A DNA stretch of 38,925 nt, taken from assembly GCF_001194135.2 (NCBI RefSeq), contig NC_068981.1:91870165-91909089 (forward strand). Reading direction: 5' to 3'. Numbering within the stretch: position 1 is the stretch's first letter; every line of letters starts with the position of its first letter. Source of the DNA: Octopus bimaculoides. Its lineage: Eukaryota. Below the pieces are notes generated by a model. That model searched no databases. It was not told where the DNA came from and saw nothing but the letters and a program-made list of their open reading frames with translations. The position numbers were made by a program, and so were the translations under genes. Positions 1-12,210 of the stretch are shown piece by piece.

Positions 1-29
1 TATATATATATACGTAAGTATATATCTAT

Positions 30-132
30 GCACGCATGTTTTTGTGTTCGTGTTTGTAACCCACTATCAATTGACAACCGATGTTGGTTTGTTTACGTAC
101 ACGTAACTTACATATTTGGTAATAAGAGACCG
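30..132 (+). mobile_element. tRNA-derived SINE family A, central/3' fragment
   Basis: ttgacaaccgatgttggtttgtttacgt...aagagaccg matches the full copy at 20520-20585. Confidence 0.65.
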
Positions 133-160
133 CTATATATATATATATATATATATATAT

Positions 161-187
161 ACTAGCAGAGATACCTGGCGTTGCACG
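161..187 (+). mobile_element. Possible terminus of a non-autonomous Helitron-like element
   Basis: actagcagagatacctggcgttgcacg directly after (TA)n resembles the ACTAG..ACCCGGCGTTGC terminal motif of invertebrate Helitron-like repeats. The other end was not found. Confidence 0.3.
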
Positions 188-706
188 AAATATAAACAAT
201 GTACAGTAACTTCTTGAAATGCACGTTATCTAATGAATTTTCGTTATAGACATTTTTCTGTCTCAAAACACTGTATCTTGATTGGTTTATGTGAGGTGGC
301 TGAAAACTTTTGCTCGGTCATTTTTGGTGGTCGTCTTGCATATTCTCTACTCATTTAGAACCTCTACTACAAAATACAATGACTAGGTATGGAAATAACG
401 TCAACAGGGCCAATGTTTCATCCGCAAAAAACGCAATAAGAAATATCCACTTATAATTTGTCAATTAGTAGAAATTTACATTAGTTTAAAGTGGACGAAG
501 GCTTTTGCACGGTATTGCATATATAGTTCATGATAACTGTAAACGTATAAATACATTTACAAGATTGTTATTGGCCAGTAATCTTCCTAGAATTAATATA
601 AGACAATTATGAAAATATTTAAACACCTATGCAACAGTGATTAATTGTTTTTGCCTATATTTTTAGGTTTTATAATATCTGTATATAATTAACTTTTCCT
701 TTGCAG

Positions 707-748
707 GGGATCTTCGTTGCCCTTCTGTATTGTTTCTTTAATGGTGAG
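707..748 (+). CDS. Internal 42-nt exon (TM7) of a class B1 secretin-family GPCR: GIFVALLYCFFNGE
   Basis: Acceptor ttttcctttgcAG (to 706) and donor GTatgt (749); phase 0-0. The 14 codons match the class B1 TM7 motif G-x-x-V-A-x-x-Y-C-F-x-N-x-E, which is encoded by a 42-nt exon in this family. Subfamily (PTH, PDF, calcitonin/DH31 or CRF/DH44 type) cannot be assigned from this fragment. Confidence 0.93.
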
Positions 749-1025
749 GTATGTATAATAATTATTTACGTGTATTCTTCTGTAAAAACAAAAACTGCAA
801 TGTTTCCTTCAGTTGTTATATACATCTGTAGTAATTTAAATGATTTTTATGCAAATCCTAGTATCAAAGCTGTCAGGTAGAAATAAGATGTGGTATGATT
901 TCTGGTGTTAACGCTGTCAAGTAGAATGTCGCAAGACTCCTAGTTATCAGAGCTGTTGAGTTGAAGTAAGTTGTAAGATTTCTATCCGAAATTTTACAAT
1001 TAAACTATTGCTGCTCAAATTCATC

Positions 1026-1204
1026 TATCTTTTATCTTTTACTTGCTTCAGTCATTTGACTCCGGTCATGCTGGAGCACCGCCTTATTTTTTAGCCCTGT
1101 ACTTATTATATCGTTCTATTTTGCTGAGCTGCTAATTTACGAGAACGTGAATACACCAACACCGGTTATTAAGCGGTGATGCGGGGACAGACATATACAC
1201 AAAG

Positions 1205-1238
<34 letters not shown>

Positions 1239-1249
1239 ACATTATATAT

Positions 1250-1286
<37 letters not shown>

Positions 1287-1617
1287 NNNNNNNNNNNNNN
1301 NNNNNNNNNNNNNNNNNNNNNNNNNNNNNNNNNNNNNNNNNNNNNNNNNNNNNNNNNNNNNNNNNNNNNNNNNNNNNNNNNNNNNNNNNNNNNNNNNNNN
1401 NNNNNNNNNNNNNNNNNNNNNNNNNNNNNNNNNNNNNNNNNNNNNNNNNNNNNNNNNNNNNNNNNNNNNNNNNNNNNNNNNNNNNNNNNNNTTCAGTGTC
1501 CGTTTACCAAGTCCACTCACAAGGCTTGGGTCGATCCGAAACTATAGTAGAAGACACTTGCCCAAAGTGGCACACGATGGGACTGAATTCAGAACCATGT
1601 GGTTGGAAATCACTCCT
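1026..1617 (-). mobile_element. tRNA-derived SINE family A, near full length, interrupted by a gap
   Basis: Reverse complement of the tail (acttgcttcagtcatttgac...gctggagcaccgcc), body and head (ccactcacaaggct...gaagacacttgcccaa...cactcct) of the 20298-20700 copy. Confidence 0.85.
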
Positions 1618-2309
1618 AATGAAGTATTTTTTACAATTTTGCTTCTTACGAGGACATAAAACTAAGCAAAACTACATCTTTTTGTGTAAAATCAAGGGAT
1701 GTATATGCAACGTGGTTAGTGAAAACTAACGTGGTTAGTGAAAACGAATAGCATATCTTGATGGAGCTCGAAAAAGTGCTTCAAAGACAGTTGCCTATTC
1801 AGCAGAAAGACTTCAACCCCCAAATTCCGTAAACCTGTGTAATCTATCTTGCTTTTTTGTTTAGTAAAAAACATTAAAAAATGTTACGGTGTTAATAAAC
1901 GCTACATTTTTACACGAAACTAAGTATTAATGCAATTATATATGGCGTTGCATTCACAATTGTAACATTTGGCAGTCTGTTGATTTCCTTTCCGTCTCCA
2001 AATAATATATTCTATTGTATATTGTGAAAAATACGCCCGTTAACTACATATTTCTATCAGGTAAATCACCATAAATATTGCCGGCAGGTGTGATAAGGAT
2101 GTGTCACTGATGTCTATATTTTTCACCATAACACAGCATTGAAGTGCACACATTCCCATACACACAAATACATAAAAGGTCTATTCATGCATGCATATAT
2201 ATGCACATATATTCATTCATCAACACACAAATAAATATATATATATGATTACTTGAATCGATATATTGTGATTTAAATTGATATATATATATATATATAT
2301 ATTAATAGT

Positions 2310-2515
2310 ATGACAACAAAAGAATAAAAGAATGAATGAGACCTCGATATTATGTAAATAGAGGAATTTATCTGTAATATATATGACAATTATTTGGTTC
2401 CCATAATAAAACTCCGAGTTTTGGATGTCGGGACGGAAATCTGCTCCGGCATCTCATCAGTTATTAAGGCAAACAAAAAAGCTATGTAAATGACCGTTAA
2501 ACAAAGGGAAATTAC
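2310..2515 (-). mobile_element. Dispersed repeat carrying a hammerhead-like motif (copy A), likely a Penelope-like terminal repeat fragment
   Basis: Aligns with 36226-36359 (same orientation) and 36775-36922 (inverted); lies next to (TA)n at 2281-2301. Confidence 0.6.
2401..2469 (-). ncRNA. Type I hammerhead ribozyme-like motif (degenerate, G12>A)
   Basis: Minus strand: ccttaataa-CTGATGA-g...hairpin...c-AAAAC-tc g ga-GTT-ttattatgg; stem I pairs 8/9. Confidence 0.5.
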
Positions 2516-2696
2516 TATGCAAATGACCGTTGTTAAGACAAGCAAAAGAGCTATTAGAATTACCATAAAATAAAGGAAAAAAGCCCACTCACACTCACGT
2601 ACATGTGCCTATATACATATGCTCACTCACACTCGCGTGAAACACACACATGTACACCCACACACACGCCTATATGTGCACATATATATGCAACCA

Positions 2697-2762
<66 letters not shown>

Positions 2763-3111
2763 TAAACATTGGGAGAGGCATTATGCCGGTAATAAACACA
2801 CGCACTGGTTCAGTCATTTATTAATTTATATAGTCTTTTGTTAAATTATTTCATTGCACTCTTGCAATCTCTTCAGTAACTTGTCTCTCCACTTCCATTT
2901 ATTTTGAATATATTCAAAATAAATATATATTCATATATATTCANNNNNNNNNNNNNNNNNNNNNNNNNNNNNNNNNNNNNNNNNNNNNNNNNNNNNNNNN
3001 NNNNNNNNNNNNNNNNNNNNNNNNNNNNNNNNNNNNNNNNNNNNNNNNNNNNNNNNNNNNNNNNNNNNNNNNNNNNNNNNNNNNNNNNNNNNNNNNNNNN
3101 NNNNNNNNNNN

Positions 3112-6100
3112 TATATATCCTTAACCTTGCTTGGTAGCCTTTAATGGGCCTGATAAGACCACTGTACTGAAGTTTTATACCTAGTTCAAAAGCATTCTCG
3201 AATTCTTCAAGGGTGCGATATGATCCATCTAAGTTGATAAAATCACGAATCTGACTAACACCACTCTCAAACCACGCAGAAAAAAAGATTACCTCTTTAT
3301 CCACTTTTAAGCGTTTATTATATTAAATTGGTTGTGTTATGAATTAATCCAATGAATTAGGCTCTGTCATATTTGTAAATTTATCAAAACCAAGGAGACA
3401 ATTCACTATTAATACTCAGACGAGATCTAGCACCATTGTAAAGAATATTGAACCACTTACAGATGTCTTCATCATGCCAAATATCATTCTTGATATCCTT
3501 GACAAATTTACTCTGAAAAACGTTACCAAATACAGCTAAATGTTTCAGTTTTGGGGAGGAGGCATGGCACAAGTATTTCCATTTGGATTCATAATTAATA
3601 TCTAACAATTTTCTCATCCAGGATTGCTTTAAAAGCTGACATAAGCAGAAGCTTCCACCATACCAGGCTTACAAACTACAACACTCTTAATTTTATCAGG
3701 TTTTCCGCTTCAAAGAAATTTAAATGATATTTTCTTTACTAGAGAAATTTGGAAGAGTAGGGAAGAGTTCAATTTTGAAATGAGCAGTAACTTTATAACA
3801 GCAATTATACCAGGTGGTGTAACTATTCTTTTCATCCATCTGTTGATTATTATTTGAATCCCAAATAATATATTTCGAAAATTCTTTTTAGCCATAACCT
3901 TTAAACCTTTTGAAAATATTACACCCAGAAACTTGAAGTGATCTGGATTCCATTGTATATTTAAATTAGGTAAGTATCTGATTGGGCTGCCTCTTCTTGC
4001 ACTTATCCATATCACCTGAGACTTATAGCTAATTTTAAGTCCGGTTATATCAGCGTAAATGTTCAAAGTATCAACGGTACCTTCAAAACACTCTTGTGAA
4101 CCATCTCAAATGAACTCTGTATCGTCTGCATACTGCGTAAACAGACACTCTCCGTTATCAATTGTAATTCCTTTAATATCTCTGTTCCTTCTTATAACAC
4201 CAGCCAGAACTTCGGCACAGAAGATGAAAATAATTGGAGAGAGAGAATCGTCATGTCTACAGCCCCGCTTAACAAGAAACCAAAGAGACTATGCACTATT
4301 AACACTCAGACGAAATCTAGAACTATTGTAAAGAATATTGAACCACTTACAGATGTCATCATCAACACCAAAAAACGCTAATGTCTTGTTTATAAATGGC
4401 CATGAGACAGAATCGAATGCCTTCTCAAAATTTATTAAAAACCACATTCCCGGTATATAATTTGATTCTGTGTGGTTCATCAAATCGTATATCAGTCTTA
4501 TGTTACCACCAATGTATCTGTTAGATATGAATCCTGTTTGATCAACTTTGGAAGGATACTTTTGAACCTCTCAGCAATAACAGATGAAAGAAGTTTGTAA
4601 ACTGTATTGAGAAGTGAAATAGATCTCCAGTTCTTAAACAAACAATTGATCTTATCTCCTTTTGGAATACAAGTAATGATACCGTGCCTCTGTGTCACTG
4701 ACAGATAACCCTTAGCTATATTTGAATGACCTCAACAAGAACGGAGATAAATCTTTCCAAAAGAATTTATAATCATAGGTGAACTCATCCAAACCTGGAT
4801 TTTTATTGTTCTCTGCCTTTTTCAGACATTTCAAAAGTTCGTCGTGAGTTCAATGAGTCAGAATCTCCCTTCCTAAGCCTATACAAGTCCCCTTCAGAAA
4901 AAAGTTCATCAAAGTCACAATCTTTCAACACATGATCCTTGGAAGAATACAATCTTTCGTAAAATGATGTTGTTTCAAGAACAATATCCTTTGTATTTTC
5001 TACAGTAGATCCATTGTCTCGCTCTATCTTTTGCTTACAAAATTCATATTTTCTAAATTGCAAAAATTACGGCTAACCTTTGTCCCCTTCATCTATCCAT
5101 TTGGCCCTTCAGGGAATTATAATTTTTGCTTTACAAATCTCTTCTTATTCTTTTCTTTTTTTCCTCCAGTTTTTTAATTTCTACAAAATTGGTTTCCAGT
5201 TGCTTAATATCATCTAGTAGATCTTGCTTTTTTACTCTAGATTTCTTAAGAATCGAGTGTACGAAATACATTTTCCTCTAATTTCCATTAATAGAGTTTC
5301 CAAAAACAGGCGATCACTTACAATAAATTCAATTTCAGGCATATTAACTATACTAATATCTCTATCAGGTTCCAAAGAGGGGGCATATTGCTTGACCAAT
5401 GAGAAATATTTTGGATATCTTAAAAGGGGTAATTAAATTTCCAATATGTACTTTCACGGTCGTCTTTCTTGGATAATGTTATTTTGATGTCTACAAGAGA
5501 ATGGTGTGAACTGTATCCAACCTTTATAGAAGACTGGCAAATAAATGAATACAAATTCTGTGACACCAGAATGAAATCTAGCCTTGTTTGTCATATAGGT
5601 TTTGAACGTCTCCATGTATAGCCTTGTGTTTCTGGGTCATCATCTCTCCAAACATCTACAAGGTCGAGGTTCCGTATCTTATTGATCACTTGCTTTCTAG
5701 CGCTAGGATTATTTATATGTTGATAATTGGAAGTGTCTAAAGACTGCTGCAGACATCGATTAAAATCCCTAGCTATACTACAATGGGAGTTTCTAAAAGT
5801 CTTGATTTTATTCATCACCACACCATAAAACTGCGGTTCATTTGGATTTAGACACTGTTTTCTTAAAGCAACACTAAAATCTCCTTCCCAAAAATCTACC
5901 CATCACCTCACCATTTTCAAACAGCCACGAACTTCCAATGTTTCACTTTTAGCTTTTTGGAATTTGGGTAAGTTTCTTCAGAACTAATGTCGCCTACCTG
6001 TTATTTCCAGCATGCCGGGTTTTCTAATGGGGGGTCTGGTAATTTTTTATGTTTGCTATTTCAGTACAATTCTACGCAATTCTGATGCGTGAAACAATTC

Positions 6101-6230
6101 TGACGCGAGAAACATCAGACGAAAGTGAAATAATGTGAAGTTTTAACTTTTTGAAAGCAGGTATCTGATGGATGGACAAGGTGTGGGGAGGAGCACTGAG
6201 TGTTTTATTAAGAAAAATTAAACTTAAACT
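3112..6230 (-). pseudogene. Decayed non-LTR retrotransposon ORF2 (APE endonuclease + reverse transcriptase), L1/Tx1 clade
   Basis: Frameshifted fragments occur in colinear order: endonuclease (IARDFN, DLVDVWRDDDPETQGYTW), RT (IPKGDK..NWRSISLLNTVYKLLS, NFEKAFDSVSW, QYADDT at about 4119-4136) and Tx1-type C-terminus (SWMRKLL, FFSAWFESGVSQIRDF). Many stops; the 5' end is cut by the SINE at 6231. Confidence 0.9.
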
Positions 6231-6418
6231 AGGTGCAGGAGTGGCTGTGTGGTAAGTAGCTTGCTTACGAACCACATGGTTCCGGGTTCATTCCCACTGC
6301 GTGGCACCTTGGGCAAGTGTCTTCTACTATAGCCTCGGACCGACCAAAGCCTTGTGAGTGGATTTGGTAGACGGAAACTGAAAGAAGCCCGTCGTATATA
6401 TGTATATATATATGTGTG
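6231..6418 (+). mobile_element. tRNA-derived SINE family A, 5' part (runs into gap)
   Basis: gcaggagtggctgtgtggtaagtagcttgc...ggttccgggttcattccc (A/B-box-like)...ccttgggcaagtgtcttc, near-identical to 20298-20460. Confidence 0.9.
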
Positions 6419-7246
6419 NNNNNNNNNNNNNNNNNNNNNNNNNNNNNNNNNNNNNNNNNNNNNNNNNNNNNNNNNNNNNNNNNNNNNNNNNNNNNNNNNN
6501 NNNNNNNNNNNNNNNNNNNNNNNNNNNNNNNNNNNNNNNNNNNNNNNNNNNNNNNNNNNNNNNNNNNNNNNNNNNNNNNNNNNNNNNNNNNNNNNNNNNN
6601 NNNNNNNNNNNNNNNNNNNNNNNNNNNNNNNNNNNNNNNNNNNNNNNNNNNNNNNNNNNNNNNNNNNNNNNNNNNNNNNNNNNNNNNNNNNNNNNNNNNN
6701 NNNNNNNNNNNNNNNNNNNNNNNNNNNNNNNNNNNNNNNNNNNNNNNNNNNNNNNNNNNNNNNNNNNNNNNNNNNNNNNNNNNNNNNNNNNNNNNNNNNN
6801 NNNNNNNNNNNNNNNNNNNNNNNNNNNNNNNNNNNNNNNNNNNNNNNNNNNNNNNNNNNNNNNNNNNNNNNNNNNNNNNNNNNNNNNNNNNNNNNNNNNN
6901 NNNNNNNNNNNNNNNNNNNNNNNNNNNNNNNNNNNNNNNNNNNNNNNNNNNNNNNNNNNNNNNNNNNNNNNNNNNNNNNNNNNNNNNNNNNNNNNNNNNN
7001 NNNNNNNNNNNNNNNNNNNNNNNNNNNNNNNNNNNNNNNNNNNNNNNNNNNNNNNNNNNNNNNNNNNNNNNNNNNNNNNNNNNNNNNNNNNNNNNNNNNN
7101 NNNNNNNNNNNNNNNNNNNNNNNNNNNNNNNNNNNNNNNNNNNNNNNNNNNNNNNNNNNNNNNNNNNNNNNNNNNNNNNNNNNNNNNNNNNNNNNNNNNN
7201 NNNNNNNNNNNNNNNNNNNNNNNNNNNNNNNNNNNNNNNNNNNNNN

Positions 7247-7247
<1 letters not shown>
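6419..7247. other. Assembly gap (largest of seven: 1287-1491, 2944-3111, 6419-7247, 17395-17558, 18685-18974, 25782-26110, 29235-29663)
   Basis: N runs, essentially all bordered by microsatellites. Confidence 0.98.
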
Positions 7248-7290
<43 letters not shown>

Positions 7291-7353
7291 GAGAGAGAGA
7301 GAGGAAGAGAGAGAGAGATAGATACATAGATAGACAGAGAAAGGGAGAGAGAG

Positions 7354-7403
<50 letters not shown>

Positions 7404-8318
7404 GGGGGGCAAACAGATAGACTGGCACGCAGATGTACAGTGGGCTCGTGAGAACTTCTGTCTTTAGAATTCCACTCGGAAACACGCAACTGCACATGTT
7501 TTATGCTGGGGAAAATAAACAATACCGCTGAATGTAATTAATTAGTTTGCCCCAAAGCCTCTGTAGCTGATGCTGTCAATAGTAACCGTTTAGGATATGT
7601 GTACTATAAAGTAAATGAAGTAAATGAAATGCCAGATGCAAGCTTTTCTATCATTTTAATCTATTTGGATGTGAATAAAATAGAGACATTAATTCTGGTC
7701 TATTATTCAATTTTAGTTGGGGAATATTTAATCCGTAGGGTAACAGAAATATTTGCGGTGTTGGGGAACAACGAATTTAGCAAATCTCAGATTTCCCTTC
7801 ATAATTTCAGTTCATTAGAAGAATAAGTAATTATTAGTCTTTTAGTTAAAGCTCTTAAATTCAGTTCAATACAGTTAATGCTTATCGTGTAATTTGAAAG
7901 TCCAGTTGTTCAATAAAAAACATGTGCATAGAGAGAGGGATGGGTGAGAGGGGGTAGCAAAGTAAGGGAATAGGGAGGAGAGAGAGGGGAGAGAGGGGAG
8001 AGAGATATTCCAAGGAGGTGCAGTAGCGAATGATTTTCATAATAATAGATTGTGCAAGATCTTGCAGTTTTGAAGAAACGTGCAGTTGTGAGATGTTAGA
8101 TAGAATTTTTCTGTTTTTTTTCTTTGTTAAGAGGCTATCGGTCATCACGTTCAGAGGAATAGACACCATTAAATATCAGTTACAAAATTAATGTTATACA
8201 CGTATGAACAATCGAATTTTCCAATCAGCATCTCTCCTTATGAAAGCAAAATCAGAATGTAATGTTATCTGGCTTATATCACTGATGCATAATAAGTATT
8301 ATGGCACACATTGAGAAA

Positions 8319-8372
8319 TGGCACTAAGAATTTTGCCCGGTGAGCTAACGGTTCTGCCAGCTCACCGCCCTT
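8319..8372 (-). mobile_element. tRNA-derived SINE family C, head fragment
   Basis: Reverse complement reads aagggcggtgagctggcagaaccgttagctcaccgggcaaaattcttag; homologous to 12087-12130. Confidence 0.55.
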
Positions 8373-8606
8373 CTGCGGATAATAATATTAAAATGGTATT
8401 ATTCGCCAGTTGCTACGCTACGAAATGTTTCATGAGCTAGAAAGTGTAAAACGAATAATATTTGACATCAAATGCGCTATTTGCCAGTAATCATGATTAA
8501 TAACTTAGCATCTTTTATCATTTCCTTGTATCAATTATTAGTCTGCAGTCATACTGGCGCACCTTTCTGTAGAAACTACCACAGCACTTACATTTTTAAA
8601 AAGTGT

Positions 8607-8730
8607 CGTACTTATTCTATCGGTCTCTTTTGCAAAACAGCAAAGTTGCAAGGAAATAAACTCATCAGCACCGATTGTCAAGCGATGGTGGGGCCATACA
8701 TAGACACAAAAACAGATAGACCCCCACACA

Positions 8731-8794
<64 letters not shown>

Positions 8795-8924
8795 AGACGG
8801 GCCTACTTTAGTTTCTGTGTACCAAATCCACTCAAAAGGCTTTCTGCACGAGACTACAGGCACCACGCAGTATGACTCGGCCCAGAACCGTGTGGTTGAA
8901 GTGAACCTCTTACCACACAGCCAC
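8607..8924 (-). mobile_element. tRNA-derived SINE family A, diverged copy
   Basis: gtacttattctatcggtctcttttgc ... ccaaatccactca ... cttaccacacagccac are reverse complements of family A segments. Confidence 0.75.
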
Positions 8925-11900
8925 GTTAGCATTTATATTGTTACGTATGCCAGCATTCATAAAGAAGAAATCATAGAAGGACATTACATATTTAATAAAT
9001 AAATCCTTTTCAAATATGCAGCTGTGTCACATACTCTAATACCAGTTTCAAATTTCTCCTTAATAGACATCTTTAAGCGAATTACATTATTATTCTAAGT
9101 TCACAAATCTTTATAGTATAAAGAATTTATATTAATAACAACCAATTTACAATTCATTACATAATGAATATATAATGGATAAAGAAAATAAGCTGCGAGT
9201 AATTATTTTTATTTGTAGCGTTGTAAACACTTTTTTACGAACGGACATAATAATTTTATAAAATATATTTATATTCAAAGTTCACTGAGGTAAAACTAAA
9301 TATCTTCTCTGGAGTATTTTCACTAAAATATTTGTTACATTTATTTTGAAAAAAGATTTACGAATCTAAAATTATGCACTTCGTTACACTAAAGGAGATA
9401 ATGGTATTTTAAAAGATAAATTATTAGGATGAGTGTAGGTACAATGGTCGCATGGTGTGGAATAATACTAATGATTTATCTTCCGGTTGCAACTGAAAGA
9501 AAAGGCGTATTCTCAAGTGCATTGCAATCAAAAGAATCCTATGCTACTTGTAAGCTACATTATCGAATTTCTTTCGACTTTGAAGTTTGTGCGCGAAGAA
9601 ATAAACGGAAGGACCACATTGGGGCTTCCACATAAGTTATTTATCCTTATTAAATATTTAATGGTAGTTGATGAGTTTGTAGAAACAACAGAGTTATGGG
9701 TTTAATCTTACAATATCTAATAGCTCTGTTGATTGTTTTCCTACTTTCAAGCAACATCTAAATTTGAAAAGATTGTCAGGCATAATTTGAATTCAATATC
9801 TGCAAGACATAATGGCATTATTATTACCGTATTAGTAAAATTACGTAATAGTCTTCGACACCTATAACTCAATGCATTGTCAGAACCTTTCTTCAAGCAG
9901 TAATCATTTGCAAGCTTGAGCAAATAAATATGAGACTGATTGTATCCAAGAATTCTACAACGTGTACATTTCCTAATAAGTTAGTTGTACACTGCATGAT
10001 AGCAATTTATAAGTATGTGAACTTAACTTACGAGTGTGAAGTGTGTAGGTGATGAGCATCGCAATTCAGAGGTAATAGGATATAAAAACAATCATTCTAT
10101 AATTCTTCACATGCTACGTTGATATACTGCCACCTCGGTCAAATAAGCGTAGTTATACCCATTTTAAAACGCTGTTTTTTTTTATCAAGAGAAGAAATAA
10201 ATACGTGCAAGCACCTTCACATTTGAGAACACATACATAAACTTTGACCCTCATTGCAAATAATATATACGTGCATATGCGCCTCTCTCTCTTTCTATCT
10301 CTTTCTGACTCTCTCTGTACCTCTCTCTTTTGAACGTAGTAAAAGAATGCTTAGAATTAATATTCACACAAGTAAGGGAATCAAAGAAGGCATACTTAAC
10401 AATTTTCTTTAGTAAACAATTTCTTTCACTGACTTTCCATAAATTTTCTATGTAGTTTATGCATTATCATCAATTACCTTAGATGTAGTGCTAGCAAGCC
10501 TCGCGATTTCAGATATTATTCAAGTTTCATACTGTCGTTTAAAGTTGCCATACACTGCTATCTTAACTTTTTTCATTCAGCAAATATTTGCGCAAATAAA
10601 TTTCCTAAATGAGTTTTTTTTCTTCCTCAGCCGGTTTAGTAGCGTACGATTTCCACTACCGGCGAGGCAAAGAATCCCATTGAAATCGACATCCTTCTGC
10701 TTTAATTTTCAACGGCATTAGCCATTTTCCTCCGTCTCTCCCTCATTTTCTTTAGATTAAGCTCACGCCAGAGGTTTCCTAAAGGTTCCCACGAAGCCAC
10801 AGGTTCAATGCAGATGTGTTTATGTCGTGCCTTGCATTTAAGGTATTAAACAATACAGGTTCCACAATGTGGCTTGCACGCAGGTCTATAATGAATTTAA
10901 GATGGCCCTGCACACAATAGTCTTTTATATCTAACAACTTATTTCACACTACTCATAATTAGTTGTGTGGTTTCATTAATTAATTAATCTAGTATAAACA
11001 AATACATCTAGATAGGCTGTAACTACTTTCGCTACAGATATTCGACCAGTAAGATGGACACCACAAGACGCTGATAGTTGCACAGTGCGATAGATGATAG
11101 GGCTTTTTAACAAGATCTTTTCTCCCTCGCTGAAAACGAAATCAGAAGCAACTAACAAAATAATTGCTATAAAAATCTTAGTCCTAAATTAACCCTGAAC
11201 AACAGACCTATAACCAAAAGTATTCCGGCTGTAATCATCCCCGACCTGGGGAGGTCAGAGGAGATACAGAATTAGACTAACTAATGTGGTATTTCCTAAT
11301 TCAAGACTAGATTATGATTAGAATGATACTTAGTTGCCATTTCTAATAGGTCATATGGCTAAGTAGAAGCTTCCTTCATAAGCTTGGGTGATTCTACAAA
11401 GTTGTGCGCGTAATGCTCTTCTATAGGCAGTGAGAAAATAAATGGGGTATTAATGACTCAGCCTTTGTAATGGTATTATCAGTTCGAATATACTTGAGGC
11501 ACGTTTGAACCGGTGAACAAGCTATTCAATGCGTTTTGTCACGGAAAGTATATCCCGTTCGTTGACAGATGGGTTATATACATCTAAATCAGCTCGCAAC
11601 GCCACCTACCCAGAACGTGAGATACAAGCATTTCGGAGTAGTTATCTCCTCTTCGGTTACGAACACCAAGAAAGAGACGCTACGAGCTGATTGAAGAGAC
11701 TGGGTCTCTTATGCTTTTCCAATTGCCATATGGCGACTGGTATCGCAGTGCGGAAGCTCACGGTACGTAAATGACAAAGGGAGAGCGCTAAGAAGGGATA
11801 AGTAAAACTGTAATGTCCGAATATGCTTGAGGCATGTTCGAACCGGTGAACAAGATACTTGCTCACAGAAAATATATCTCGTTCGTTGACATGAGCCCTG

Positions 11901-12086
11901 TGATACATTGCTATTTGAATACAGCAAAGATGAATTGCTATCCAAATACAGTTAATGCATGCATGTTAAGAACCATTTTAAGTTAGAAAGCAGTTACAAG
12001 ACATAGCGGAATCTGAATTAAAATCATTGAATATGTATCTAGATAAGCCTAAGCATTAAGAAAAGCAGTATAATGTAAATGCAACG

Positions 12087-12210
12087 AAGGGAGATGGCAG
12101 AATGCATAGCACGCCGGGCGAAATGCCTAACGACATTTCGCATATATTTATGTTATGAATTCAAATTCTACCGAAGGCATCTTTGCCTTTCATACATTAA
12201 GGGTAACTAA
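12087..12210 (+). mobile_element. tRNA-derived SINE family C, 5' part
   Basis: tggcagaatgcatagcacgccgggcgaaatgc...gaattcaaattctaccga (B-box-like)...ctttgcctttcat. Confidence 0.6.

Noticed and set aside
1709-1745. Tandem 18-mer aacgtggttagtgaaaac x2 (similar duplications at 21639 and 24589)
   Set aside because: Two adjacent units without spacers indicate local slippage, not a CRISPR-like array.
6237-6310. tRNA-like A/B boxes here and at 20298, 28600 and 31880
   Set aside because: These are SINE heads continuing into SINE bodies; no complete cloverleaf.
11685-11720. CTGATTGA followed by a 6-bp hairpin, resembling a hammerhead 5' core
   Set aside because: The core has an extra base and no GAAA follows the stem.
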